A stretch of DNA of 64,000 bases from Lophium mytilinum (Eukaryota): positions 248,001 through 312,000 of the forward strand of contig MU004193.1 in NCBI GenBank assembly GCA_010093605.1, in the 5' to 3' direction. Positions 24,189-36,935 of this stretch are shown here, in pieces (within the stretch, counting starts at the first letter, position 1; each line of letters opens with the position of its first letter). The translations under genes were made by a program, and so were the position numbers. The notes under the pieces are model-generated. The model was not told the DNA's origin and made no database searches. It saw only the letters and a program-made list of their open reading frames with translations.

Positions 24189-25198
24189 GTTTCTAGTCAG
24201 TATTGCATTACGAGCATTTTATCGGCCTCACTCCTTTGCTGACGCTCATGGCGATTGCATACCGTTTTCAAAGACATCTTAGCTGTCACGGGGACGATAA
24301 GTTATCTGGTGGCCTAAATCCTACGATAAATAGCTCTAGATCATTTCCAATTTGTTTAGAGTCACACGCGTTGGTAGTGCTTTCTACTATCTTACGGTGA
24401 CTAGCCGTGAATCCGTGCACACCAGCTTAGCGCTGCTAAGGGTGCCCTCATGAATTTTCAGACACTGGACAACATGTACAGCCACGCGCAGCGTACTTGA
24501 AGCAGCCTCTTGACCACGAGGCGCTTTGGTTCAAAGGGGCCGCTTCTGACATTGGTATCGATCTTCCAAAAACGGCCCGCCAGCAGCAGTGTGGCGCCCA
24601 TTCCTGCCTATTGGCTTACTCAGCCGATACCGTATATCTATCCTTCCATTGTAGCTAGCTAGCTTCCTTACTCACTCATCAAACAATAGAATACTTGACC
24701 ATCACCGAGCCGCTACTGAACCAACCTCACCTCAGCAGCATCTTCGTGCAAAGCCTCATGTTCTAGTACTACACCAGTGAACTCCGATACTGCTCATCTC
24801 CGGACTTGAACTTATGTGTCTTGAGAGGTTAATCTGGCTTGGCGAAGATTTGTAATCAGTGACATGTCGTAACAATGGAGTGTGGAGTGTCTATTGGAGT
24901 GCTGCGGCCATCGGAAGGCCATTGGCCATATTTCCGGCTGAATGTTTGCGTTTGTGCCGCTCACTTGCCCGCGGCTAATCACGGATGGAGAGGTGGACTG
25001 CGACGAATCTGGATTCTGACTTCTTCTCACTATAAATGGACCGTCGAAGCTCAGTCGAGTGATCTGACAGCAACAACACCACTGAAGCATTTTCTAGCTA
25101 TTGACATTCAACGTCATCGAACAGCAGGTCCCCCTCATCTTATCAAAGTTCTTCCATACCGGAGACCACTCTCAAAGTCGCCCTAGGATATACCCAGG

Positions 25199-25982
25199 AT
25201 GTTTGCTTATGGCCCACCCACCCAAACTAAGGCTGCAAAGCCGGGCAAAGTATTGAACATCTTCCACCCTACATTCCTCGCCAGCATGCTAAGAAAACGT
25301 CTAGTCCCCTCTTCTAAGCCTGCCGCGCGAGCTGAGGGACATGGTGTACACCTACACCATGCGTTCTCATGTCAGCTTCAAAGAACTCGTCACTTTCGAG
25401 TCATTCAATCCCGACCCGAACAGCCCAAATTTCCTGCCCGCCCTCTGCCGCGCAAATCGCCAGCTGCAAATCGAAGTCACCCCTTGCTACATCAAAGAGT
25501 CCGCATTCTACATATACTCTGGCTCCGACAAGTTCGCTACCTGGCTTGGATCACTCCCGGAGAACGAAGGTTTTCCTAGCATCCGGTCACTCAAGTTCAA
25601 AGACTTCGCTACAAGCACGGACGTCGATCTGGTCGTGCACTGCTCCAACATCCACACTCTCGAGGTGATCATTTCATTCCAGAGATTTGTGTCGAAAGCA
25701 GCACGCAAGAACAGGAACCAAATAGTGCTGATGTCGTCGGAAGAGTTTCGTGAACTGCTACAGATGGGGAGAGTCCTCGACGACTGCAAGAGCTTGGAGC
25801 GTGTAACACTGCAATGCCGCCATGTTCCGGGCGGTTATCAAGGGCTCGCACTTGCTGCGATGGAGACGCTAATGACGTGGCTTGAGAATGGCTTCAGCGA
25901 GCGTGGCATGTCGACGGTCGTCTCCCTCGCTCCTCTCGGTCCTCCGATCGGGATCAAGCAGTTCATGCGCATGCTGGATTAG
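25199..25982 (+). CDS. F-box/2EXR-like protein, paralog 6
   Basis: Exon 1 MFAYGPPTQTKAAKPGK, phase-0 intron 25250-25304, then SPLLSLPRELRDMVY..PALCRANRQLQIE, continuing as ORF 25341-25982. Confidence 0.82.
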
Positions 25983-26412
25983 GTATGGTCTTGGTCTAAT
26001 GAGGTCAAGTCGATGGAGTCAAGGTGGACTGACTACATCACAAAACGTGGCTGGATATCCCTTTCGGCCTCGAGCAACAGCCTTATGGAAATCACAGCCG
26101 ATTCTCGAACAGACATACTGGAGCTTACTATACCTCGCCAATCATGCACCGGATACAACTTAACTATATGTGAAAACTGAGGTAAGGCTTAGCTTAGGGC
26201 TAGCTCGATGACCCGAACCTTAAGACTCAACAGCTAAAGGAGGCTTCAGTAATGTCGTTGTTACTATAACAGATTCTCGATTAGGTTTCAAGGGCCTAGC
26301 CTCGATGAGTGGGTAGTCTCCAGATCATCGCAATTCACCGCTCCGTCCGCTATCCGTTAGCACGTGAGCTGCACTCCGTAAAGACGGCCCGTCATCGTCT
26401 AGTGAGACCAAA

Positions 26413-27617
26413 ATGTCAATTGACACGTCACGCAACTTCTTCGCCAACATTGAAGCGCTGAAATTATCGTCTCGAATCATGTCTTCGTCGTCGTCGCCGC
26501 ACTTCGTCATTGCCGATGAGACTTCGCAACTAGTTACTGATTCAGCAAGCCAGGTTTACCCCTCGGGGAACACACACACCCAATCCCGAGTTGAGCAGTC
26601 TCTCGCAGGATAGTTCGACCCAGCGGAACGGTGCGCTAACAAACCGACCTTTGGAGCTTCGGTTCTGACTTGCATAGTTGCATCCCTTATCGTGGACATA
26701 CCAAACGAACATAGCAATACCGAGTGCATAACATCAACACCACACCTTTGCGAACCTGCCGAACCGATAGCGACTGAAACGCTTCCTGGCGGTCTCGTTG
26801 TCGCGACTACCGTTGACACAGATTCTGCGCACCATGTTACTCGACATAAACAGTTAGACCCTAAAGACACGAGAGTACGATATCTCCCGCCAATATCAGC
26901 TCACCGCCTAACCCAACGTAGTTTCTCCTTCTCCGCCTGCCACCTGAGCTCCGGGATGCCATATATGGCTTTATCTGGCCAATCGAGCATCCCCAACAGA
27001 AGGCCATGAAGCTCTCATCCAAATCAATCGAGGAGGTCCTCAGCCGCTTTGTCGGACCATACGATACGTCCGAAGGAATGCCCGTTCGAGTACAAACAAA
27101 GAACGCGACCTTAGTTCCTGGACTGTGCCAAACGAACCAACAGCTCCGGGAAGAAACATTGCCGTGGTTCATCAATTTCTTTGTTCACGAAGAAACTTTC
27201 GTCATCGCTGCATTGGATCGACTGCATCACTTCGAAGAATGGCTCACTAACAATCCGGAGGAATTGGGCTTCGGGGGAATTCAGCACTTGGAGTTAACTG
27301 ATCCGGATATCACCAAACATTGCGCGAACCCATTAGGCGTCAGACATGAGACGAGGCTCGTGAAACGTTGCAAAGACCTTAGAACGCTACGACTAAACTA
27401 TAGTTCCTCGGGTCTCCCTTACGGATGGCGATACCTGGAGATGGGACTCAAGTCAGACATATCGTCTCACTGCGACAAGCTCGAGGAGATGCTGTTCGTT
27501 GCCAGTGGGGAAGATACTGAAGAAGCGGAAGACGTGGCGAAGTGGCTCGGGAAGAAGTTCAGGGAACAAGGTCGGGAGGTGAAGACGGGGGTGCTGACCA
27601 GCGATCATTACTCTTGA
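26413..27617 (+). pseudogene. F-box/2EXR-like paralog 7, premature stop in exon 1
   Basis: ORFs 26413-26613 and 26692-27009 share a frame split by TAG at 26611-26613. A phase-0 intron 26875-26921 leads to FLLLRLPPELRDAIY..PGLCQTNQQLREETLPWF (ORF to 27617). True start uncertain. Confidence 0.65.
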
Positions 27618-28367
27618 CATCCCCAGTGTCCATTGCTCATCCAGGTGTCTCATCCACAAAACAACAAACAAGACAACCCTCGAGCAATGTTTGCCGAGAC
27701 AGGAGCAGAGGCTACAGCAGAGGAGTGTTTATATGAATCGAATTATACCCTTCGATACTGCTTCAAGACTATGCATTCTACTTTCGAAGGGGGTGAGAAA
27801 GCGAAGTGGAATATTGCACGCATTCGTGAATTCGCACCTACAAATACGTCTATATATACATGAGGCACTGCTATACCGGCCTCACTCATATTTAGTCGAG
27901 GATGCCCATGAAACTCCGCGCAAAAGTGGCAAATTACTTAGCACCGAAAGTCGTGGGGCCTAACACGCTAGCCTTTGTATGTTTTCAGCCATGAAAAGCA
28001 AGAGTTTTTCTCTTCGAGTTCAATATTAGGAAAAGGAAGAAGGTAAAGGCTGCACATACATGCCTGTCAGGCAAAGCGCAGAACAATGGTCCGGAGCTAA
28101 ACAAAATACTAAATGATGACTACGCATGCCGCAACCAGAACCCTATCTCCTCTCCGTCCCGTTCTTACATGAAGACAAATCAACAGCGCGAACACTGCTA
28201 TGTTAGTGTCTTTATAGCTCTTCGGACGCCGCCCTCCGCCTACTCGCCAACCGCGAATCCAGGATTTCTTCAACCTCATCACGCCTCCGGTTCCAGAGGC
28301 GATGAATACGTCCGATTGAGGGGCTCTCAGTTCATTCGAATCGGCTGGCAACCGCTTCCATTACTTT

Positions 28368-29992
28368 CTAAGTTTGTTCCAACACATCGTAAGGGTCCCC
28401 ATGCGTGTCATCGTAGTCAATGTCTTCCGGATCCCACTCGTCCAAAGCCGAGTCCGAGCTTGAGTCCGATGCGTAGTCCTCCGTTTGATTGTCGCTATCG
28501 TCTGCTTTGTCTGGTTCCGAACTCGAAGTGGAGTCCTTCATTCGGTCGTCGCTGTCTTCTGACTGGTCTGATCCCGAATCCAACTCGTAGTCTTCCATTT
28601 CGTTGTCACTGCCCTCCGCATAGTTTTCATAGTCGTTTTGTTTCATCTTCTTCATCCACCGTACCCGGCGCAACGCTACCCGTGCATATTTGTAAATGCA
28701 TTTCGCAGCCAGCAAGCGAGGAAGCCGATGGTCTAGCGCTACCTTAGTAAGAATGTCAATGGTTTGCTCATGCCAATACCGGTCGTGTCCCTGCTGTCTC
28801 GCGTCTTCATATGCGGTCTGATGGCGCTCTATGAAGCTTTGACCGTCAAGGTCCTTGCGAGTAGGGTCTGCGCCGTATTGAAGTATTAGAGGCAGAACGC
28901 TGATGCTGACATCATGCGAGTGCCAGTCCCATAATGCTGCAAATTTCAACGTGGCATCCAGCACCGCATCCAGCACCGAAGTCCTACGTCCATGATCTCT
29001 GTCACGTGTGGACATGCTATAACCGTTTGGGTCCGCACTGAGCTCGAGGAGGCTCTTGATAAGGCCAAGCTGTTTGTCCGTCATTGGATGTGTGCCAGGT
29101 TCGTAGTCCACCTCCTCAGTACGACAGTCGCGTATGGCTGCTACGAGTGGATTCGGATCTCCACTGAGGGAGGCACCAAAATTTATCAACATTAGTACAC
29201 AATCCAGATTCCCAGCTTTGATAGCGCATGTAAGCGGCGTGCTCCCTTGATACACAAAGCTTGGGTCTGCTCCCGCCTCTAGAACTAACCGGATCATAGC
29301 ATTTATGCCATTCTCTTGCTCTCCGGTCTTCTCAACATACCGATAACCCCGGGGAAAGTCTTTGATCCAATGCAGCAGAATCGGCGGAATCTTGGCGGAG
29401 CTCCAGCCAATGTCCGCTCCGTACTTGAGCAGCGGTTGAACCACCCTTGGGTTCTTAGTTTATGGAGAAAGGGCTGTTTCCGAGCCAAATCTTCTGTTGG
29501 ATTGGCGTTGCACCTGGGAAGGAGGATTTCCATGTACTCAAGCAGTCTCGCAGATCCCTTGACATAACCACTCCGAATAGATTCGAAGTTGCGGATAAGC
29601 TTGCCTAGAATAATAGACGCCTGATGAGCAGCAATCAGTGGTCCAATCTCACCAACTTTAGTGAATACTGCGGTAGCTATTTCAGGATTGTAGAAGATGA
29701 AACGTAGACCAAACTCGGTCACCTCATCAAGGAGAGGCCAGGTGCCGGTACTGGGATCGAAACCTATGATGCCATGCGCAAGAAGGTACTGCACGAGCTT
29801 AATGTTTCCCCTTTTCACTGCCCAGTTGATAGCTGGAGTGATGCCCCGATCTGCGATGGCACGCTTGTGGAGTTCGCCTGCCAGAAGATTCTGAAGATCC
29901 CAACAGCTTTTGGATAGTTTGCTAAGCGACGAGTCGTCAAGGTATGATGCTGTCTCGTGGACTAGCTCAAGGGGGAGGTCCGAGAACGACAT
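28368..29992 (-). pseudogene. F-box + ankyrin-repeat protein with acidic tail; apparent frameshift near 29455
   Basis: MSFSDLPLELVHETASYL (F-box); AINWAVKRGNIKLVQYLLAHG, LLKYGAD and TPLTCAIKAGNLDCVLMLINFGA (ankyrin). The two ORFs are in different frames with only a weak intron option. Confidence 0.72.
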
Positions 29993-30635
29993 AGTTGAAG
30001 GAGGCAGTTGGGTATGAACGGGTTGGCGGTAGAAGGTATGGTGGTTGATTGGAAAGTGAGTGGGAAATGCGATGAAGCGATGCGAGAGCGGAGGGTTTGA
30101 CAAAAGCCTTGGTCGGTAATATTTCATACCCTTTCACGATGAGCAAATGTGGAGGTGGACGCTTTTGTAGCAGTGATGTTCCATTCACTGCCACCGAAAT
30201 GTATGTCTGTAATACTGACCCTCTCTTTCAACTTATGGGGGGAAGTTTGCATGAGTTTGCTGCGAGATGCGCTTTTGTTCACGCTGATATGGAGCAAACT
30301 CGTGGAATCTTCTAGACAAGTTAAATGGAACGTTGGTTGAACTTGATTTGATCCCTGGCTCGTAGCTACAGTGTCTTGCCACAGATATCCGTGCTACTGT
30401 CTGCCGGCCTCCAACGTAATAGTAGAAATAAAGAGTCGCGATTACATCTCACTCGTGCGTAACGCTTGCTGATGCTGTCTGGGATTGCCTTGCAAGTCCA
30501 ACATCTGCCCAAAATGCTGAACTGCACACTTACTTGGAATGGTGAAACCCTTCATGTAGCGGGGAGCAAATTCGTGAAGTTCCGATCCCTATGAGGAGGC
30601 ATTGTAACGAGAGTGTCCCAGGCCGTGGACACGAA

Positions 30636-32448
30636 CTAACCCATCGCCATGGGAGCTTCGCCCGGTGCATGACTTGGAAGCCTCTTCATGGGGATGGCCC
30701 AGGAGCACAAAAACGCGGCCCCACAGAAGGCAATTGCGACTGCAAAAGCAGCCTTGAGACCGACCATGTACGCTTCTAGGACTCCCGGAAGTACGTCCGG
30801 CGGGAACACGCTATGCAACTCTGAGGCGCCTGTAAGAAGAACCAGGCCTGGGTTCACTCCCGGGGCCGTCTCGGGTAGAGTGGCAAGGAGTCTGTTCACA
30901 AAAGCTGACTGTCCTGCCGAAGTACTAAATGCGCCTCCAACTGTCTGGAAGACTGGACAATGAGCTGGTTAGCTTCCTCAGAACAATGCGCAGAGACGAG
31001 AGGGGATGAGGACGTACACAAAAGGTTTGCCGTGACAGCTGAAAGGTCTTCCGGATCCACGTCGGCTTGAGCAATACTCAAGCCATGCATGATGGCAAAG
31101 GCCATGGTGGCTCCGGTGAAGAACTGATAGCCAACCCACTTGCCAGTAGAGGTGTCAACATCAAGGGTGTACATGAGGCCAACGGCAACGGTGGAAAGCA
31201 TTGAGCCAACAAACATGACCTGCTGTGCACGACCAGTCTTCATAACGACAGCTCCGCCAGCGAGAGCGAACACAGCTGCCGCGAGTACGAGAGGCAGATT
31301 GTTAACGCCGGATCGAATAGGGCTCGCCCCAAGGATACTCTGGAAGTAGATAGGAAGGTAATAGAGAAGAACGATGTAGCTTCCCATGAAGAAGAACTGG
31401 TAAGGAGCCGTAGTCGAGAGCGAGCGCTGCTTGTAGAGTCTCGGTAGCATCATGGCGTATTCGCCCAGCCAGATCTCCCATCCCACCAGAGCAATCGCGA
31501 GGAGTGCAGAACCGACCAGAAGACCGATGACCACGCTGCTGTTCCAGGGGTGGGCGTTTCCTGCATATTGAAGGGCAAGAATGAAGCAAGTGATGCATCC
31601 CATAGCCAGAGCGATACCAAAAGGATCCACATGGAGAAGCCTCTTCGTCCAAGAGATTTTTGGAGGCGCAGCCGCAGCTGGAAGGTTGAAAAAGAAGAAA
31701 ACGGTTGCAGCGGCGACTCCTCCGATCGGCAAATTAATATAGAAACACCATCGCCAGGTAACGGAGTCGGTAAATGCGCCGCCGAGAAGGGGTCCAATAA
31801 CGGCAGCAATGGCATATGTCATTCCAATGATGCCCATCATCATTGGTCGCTTTGCTGGCGGGACAGTGAAGGAGACGATACAAGTGCCACCCACAGACAG
31901 ACCGGCGCCACCCAAACCAGCAATAGCCCGTCCAGCAACCAGAGCCTTGGAAGTGGGCGCAACTCCACATATCAAACTGCCGATCTCGAAGATAAGCATG
32001 GATACTAGAAAGCTCCACTTGAGGTTATTGTACTTGTAAATTTTCCCGGCAGAGGTCTGGGCAGCACCAAAAGTCATGAAATAAGCCGCGGCGTACCAGG
32101 ACACATCATCGAGGCTGTGGAACTCGTCCGTGATCTTGGGGATTGCTGTGCCGACGATGGTCTAGCCGAGGGCTGCATTAGAGATAAACTAGTACCAGCA
32201 TATGGAGTACGTAGAGTACTTACCTGGTCTAAAGAAATGAGAAAAACAGCGACAACAGATGCCCCTGCCAGGAGTACTAGCTTCAGACCATGCGGATACT
32301 TGTCGTCGGGCATGTCCTGAACGGAGGTTTCTGGAAGGCCGTTGTCACTGTCACCCACGCTGTCCGCCTCGAGCGTGTTCATGGCAGAAGGCTTGGGCAA
32401 AGTCGGGTCTCCAACAGCCACGGTCGCTTTCTCGTTTGTCTCAAGCAT
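30636..32448 (-). CDS. MFS drug:H+ antiporter, DHA2 (14-TM) efflux-pump type; 3 exons
   Basis: FLISLDQ|TIVGTAIPKI, GRAIAGLGGAG, WRWCFYINLPIGG. Introns 32223-32162 and 31017-30953 have canonical signals. Confidence 0.93.
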
Positions 32449-33155
32449 CCTGTCAAAGGCGGGCGATGTTGAAAGCGAAGCGCAGCCGTCAACGGGACCT
32501 ACGAGTCGTATATCAAGGATGAGTTGGAGAGAAGCCGCCCTTGAGAACACCTAGAAACGGTAGCGATAGTCCTTACACTTGCGTGAGTAAAGACGGGACA
32601 AATAGAGTGCGAACCGGGCTTGGGAAGAGAAAGATAATAAATTATGCTTCACTAGCTCGTGAAGACAACTAAAAATGGGAAGGAGAAAAGCGCCAAGTTA
32701 TCTGTTCTCAAGAGAAGTCGGAGGGACGGAGGCGGTGCAATCCCCATCCGGCATCGAAGGACGTGTTGACCTGTGGGGCATGCTGAGTCGTAGGTTCTTT
32801 TGACCCGTAGGAGTTTTGAGCCTATCTCCGACACGAGCATCAGGCTTTTGGTCGGCACAACTATTCGTCCAGCGGAATGAAGCCAATACAAGGCATGAAG
32901 TAGAAGCTCGGCTGTGCCACGCTAATGTGATCGGCGCTAGTTCTGCACGAAACTTTTCCCAGCACTTCAATTGGCGGTTGATGGCAAGGAACGCATAGGC
33001 ACTTACCTACATCTAGGCACGCCGCGCCACGCCGAGCGACCTTGATCTGTTCCCCATCCATCTTCCCGACCCTTTCTTTCCAGCTCATCAATTTCAGCCA
33101 GCGAAAAAGTTCCATGCAGCTACACCACCCCAACAGTCCTCGAAATCTTCCAGCG

Positions 33156-35012
33156 ATGACACGCACTTTTTTGCTTCCTCGACATGACTGGCCTCTTAAG
33201 TCCGTCGTCACAACGCCAAACGCAGTGCCGACGCAGAACGATTGGGCCGCTTCGTACGCGGAGATCGGGCGACTTTACGTCCGCGAGCGTCGGAAGCTGC
33301 GATATATCATGCAATACATGGAGAGAGAGCACGGATTCAAGGCTACGTAAGATGAACCACTTTCGCGACCCCACCTCGAATCTCTTGCGGTCGTGTTCGG
33401 ACGGAGAAGTACCCCTGCGAGGATGAACTCTAATACCAGTCGTGCATATAGGGAGCAGATGTACAAGAAACGTTTCGCCAAGTGGGGCTTCCAGAAGAAT
33501 TCCAGGCGACCGACTACCGCTGTGCCGACCTTCGCTACGAAAGAGAAGGATGAATGCAGGAGACTGGACAGGACACTCATTCCATGCGAGGAACTGGGCT
33601 CGATGCCAGCAGCTCCCGGACTGAGCCACCACGATGGCCTAATGCTCATGTTCCTGGCTAGTGTGCGGACGTGCAGTGTGGCATTCTTCGAGTCTCCGCA
33701 AGGCCGTGGCCGGTTTCTGACCTCTCTTCGGCAGCCACCACCGACAGATCAGCCATGGCCTGAAGAAACTAAAGAGGTAAGCTTCACGTTCAAGCTCGTA
33801 GTTGACCTCCTGGACCGAGGTCATGGTGATTTGGCGGGCAGGATGGCCCGGAAGGCGTTTCTGCTGGTAGAAGATATGTTGATGCTCGAGGGGCCCGCGC
33901 TGGTATGGAACCTGCTCGAAATAATGCACCACATGGTGAAGATGCATCATGCACAGCTGTTTCAAATGCTGCTGGCCCATCTGATTGCACTGGTTGCCGG
34001 CCGGGTGCCGAAGACCCATCCGTTACAAGCCATGTTGTGCGGCTTGCGAGGACTCGTTCCGAGCCTCAAAAGTGTAATATCCATCCCTAGCAGCTCTTCA
34101 CCAATATCATCCTCCTCTTTGTCGCCATCCTCCTCGGCCAACAATGATAGAACACCAACTGCCGCCGAACCTCGGCTTCTCTCTCTCGCCCTCACATCTC
34201 TGCTGGAGCGGGCATGGAACCTCAACGCCGAGATCCTTTTCGATAACTTTGACCCTCGCCTGTTTCAGCTCTATTGCTGCATTCACTGGGACGCGTGCTC
34301 GATCAGTCCTCCTGCGGCCATTTTCGGCGCAGCGGACCAGTGGTTCAGCCACAACGAGACAAAAGAAGCCTCCCGTACCGACTGGAGGGCACATCATGTC
34401 GAGGGCCTCTCCGGGGTTACTCCTGTCAATGGTCCCTCTGAGATCATATCCGTCGAGGAGGAGAGGATGCTCCAACGCCTGCTCGCCCCGCGGATGGATG
34501 CCTCGCCGCCTCAGGACTTTAAGATGCTCCGCGCGAACAGCATCGCCGCGCTTCGGGAACATGGGTGTTCGATCCTACACAAAGGAATTGGTTTCGCCGG
34601 TGATACCACCACCTCGCTACGCACATTGGCAGGACTAGTGACAGCCAAAGTCCTTGATGAAAGTCCTGCCCTTGTTGGACGACCCGGTCCAGCTAGTAGT
34701 GCGACAATGAGAGTGCTACACGTTCAAGCGGAGAGTCTCGCGTGTGCTATTAGGACGTTGTTGGACCTCAGCATCGAGCACGGTGGTGAGGGAGTCGGGG
34801 CAACTTTGGATGCCGTCGAGCGGATTCGATCTATCGTGGCTCTCCGCGAGTACGCCCGCGGTGAGATAGATCCGCAGGTCGTGTGGGAGATGTGGCTGTT
34901 GAAAGACGCACTTGTTGCGGCTGGCCGATATCCAGAGGCGCAAGATGTAGGGCTTATAGCTTTTCAGCGGTTAGAAAAGTATATCCAGGACGTCCCTATT
35001 AACTCTGCGTAA
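33156..35012 (+). CDS. Clr5-domain protein
   Basis: DWAASYAEIGRLYVRERRKLRYIMQYMEREHGFKAT|EQMYKKRFAKWGFQKN is the Clr5 domain pattern. Intron 33347-33451 (GTAAGA..CTAAT..TAG). Start may be ATG 33114. Confidence 0.88.
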
Positions 35013-35172
35013 ATAATTAATTATTCTACTATATTAAAGAACTATAGAGTATAAGTACTTCATAACCTTTTAATAGAAGAAAGTTAAAAGTTTCTCTTAT
35101 TATATATCTATATATTTATCTCTACTACTAGATATAGTATTTTATATCTTCTTAACTTAGATATATTTATAA
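35013..35172. repeat. Short AT-rich RIP-mutated repeat relic
   Basis: Abrupt switch to TpA-rich, CpA/TpG-poor sequence right after the Clr5 stop codon. Confidence 0.6.
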
Positions 35173-35504
35173 CCAAGTGCTTCAGCCCCAGCGTCAACTC
35201 CAGAATCAGGCCCAAAACAGCCGATGATGGGCGACAAGGAGCACGCTTACAGGCTGTCAAAAGCCTCCTCAACCTTTGCGTGCGTAGACGGGATGGATGC
35301 GGAGTACTCTAGCAAGCCACGGCCGTTCTGGATGCGTCGGCGTCGATGCCAGGACTGATACGATGGGCCACGAAGACGGCTAGGTATTGTACTCCGAAAG
35401 GCTTGCCTTGAGCTTAAGATTACATCAAGTCACCCTCTCCTTGGTCGGCAACAATTCTTCTCTAACTTCTTTTCTCGTGTCGTGAGCGTCCGAGTTTTCT
35501 CCTC

Positions 35505-36112
35505 ATGTCTTCCACCACGCAAACGAATGGCTCAGCTAGGCCGAACATGAACGGATCGGCTACGGCAGACTCAAAGACTCAAGACGAGCTCCTCCAGCTC
35601 AATCTGGAGCTTAAGAACATGAGGAAGGAGGAGACTTACGCAAAATTCCATGGTGATGATCTCATCGGAGTCTGTACTCCCTCAGCTGGATAACGAACTT
35701 CATTGACCAAAATCGCAGGACAAATACGCCCGGCAAGGGTTCATTGCAAATCTCAAGAACTCCACAGATGACTTCTAGAGAATCCTAACGGCGAAGAATA
35801 TGCCTACGGTCATGAAGATCCTAGGCAAAGCTATAACTTTCCAAGGCGTGGATGTAAGTACGCACCGAAGCCAAGTTTCGAGTCTTCTAACGATCTGATA
35901 GATGAAAGCTGGAGCTTCCCTTGTTGCATCAATGTCGAACGACAGCAACAGAAGAAGAGGTCTCATTGAAAGTCAAGTCAAATCGAAATACGACAAAATG
36001 CTGCATCCGCCGCTAACGTACCTCGGAGACGCGTTTCAGTATCGTACAGCCGACGGGAAATTCAACAATGTCATGTCCCCCCAGCTTAGACAGACAGGCG
36101 CGCCGTCTGCCA
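35505..36112 (+). pseudogene. 5' fragment of a fungal heme fatty-acid dioxygenase (Ppo/linoleate diol synthase family)
   Basis: KYDKMLHPPLTYLGDAFQYRTADGKFNNVMSPQL..GAP matches the conserved HPP-x-YLG / YRTADG-x-NN start of the family. Intron GTAAGT..CTAAC..TAG before 35902; in-frame TAG near 35775; similarity stops near 36112. Confidence 0.8.
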
Positions 36113-36935
36113 TACCCCAGATGTCTCGCAGGCCCTGTTTAGAGATCGTCTTAGGGTCGCCTTTGTTGGACCATTGTTTCCAAGTACTCTTGAACTCCAC
36201 ATCTTCTTCTTCTCACAGCGTGTCGTCTTCTTTCGGATTCGACTCTCGGTACAACGCCAGTGCAGTCTTCCATCGGGCGCTGTCCAACACGTCCATTTCT
36301 ATCTCGGCAGCGCCAGAATCTTCTGCAACGTCGCTGTGTGCCACGCTTGGCCAGACCCGCTCCATCCAACAGTCCCACCCCGTCCCGTTGTGATTGTCTT
36401 CGAGCTCGGGTGGGCGTTGAGCTACCCAGGAGATGACCGCGATGAATTCCGAAGGATTGATCTTTATCCAGGCCTTGAATTGTTAGTCCAAACCCGATAT
36501 CACTTCATTCGTCACGTACTTTATCTTTGCCTGTCCTAAATGCCTCGTCTTCAATCACAATTGCTGCCGCTTGGGCCGCCCATGTGTCGCCGGTGTTGTG
36601 GTGGCTCGGTCCGCTCATGTTGATGGTGATCGTGCCTGAGATGTCAACTTCGGGCTCCTGCGGATGACTAAGTGGCATACCTATGGCGACGATGGGTGGG
36701 CGTTGATTAGTGTCATGGTGTAGTCTTTGCGAGCCGAGGGTTGCTAAGTGAGGTCGTTGCCCGAGAGTTGTAATCACGTGCGATTTCCAATTGGCTCTAG
36801 TCTTACCTTTTTCACTACTTCTTCTATCGTCGTCCGATTCCTCTTATTCTTACTCAATTTCGTATGAAGGACGGCGCAAGTATGGCTGACCCACACAGTT
36901 TGATGGTTCTTGAAAAGTTTGCTGCTGCGAACGAC

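Noticed and set aside
30636..36112. Secondary-metabolite gene cluster
   Set aside because: Only a transporter and a dioxygenase fragment are present; no PKS, NRPS or terpene synthase in the window.
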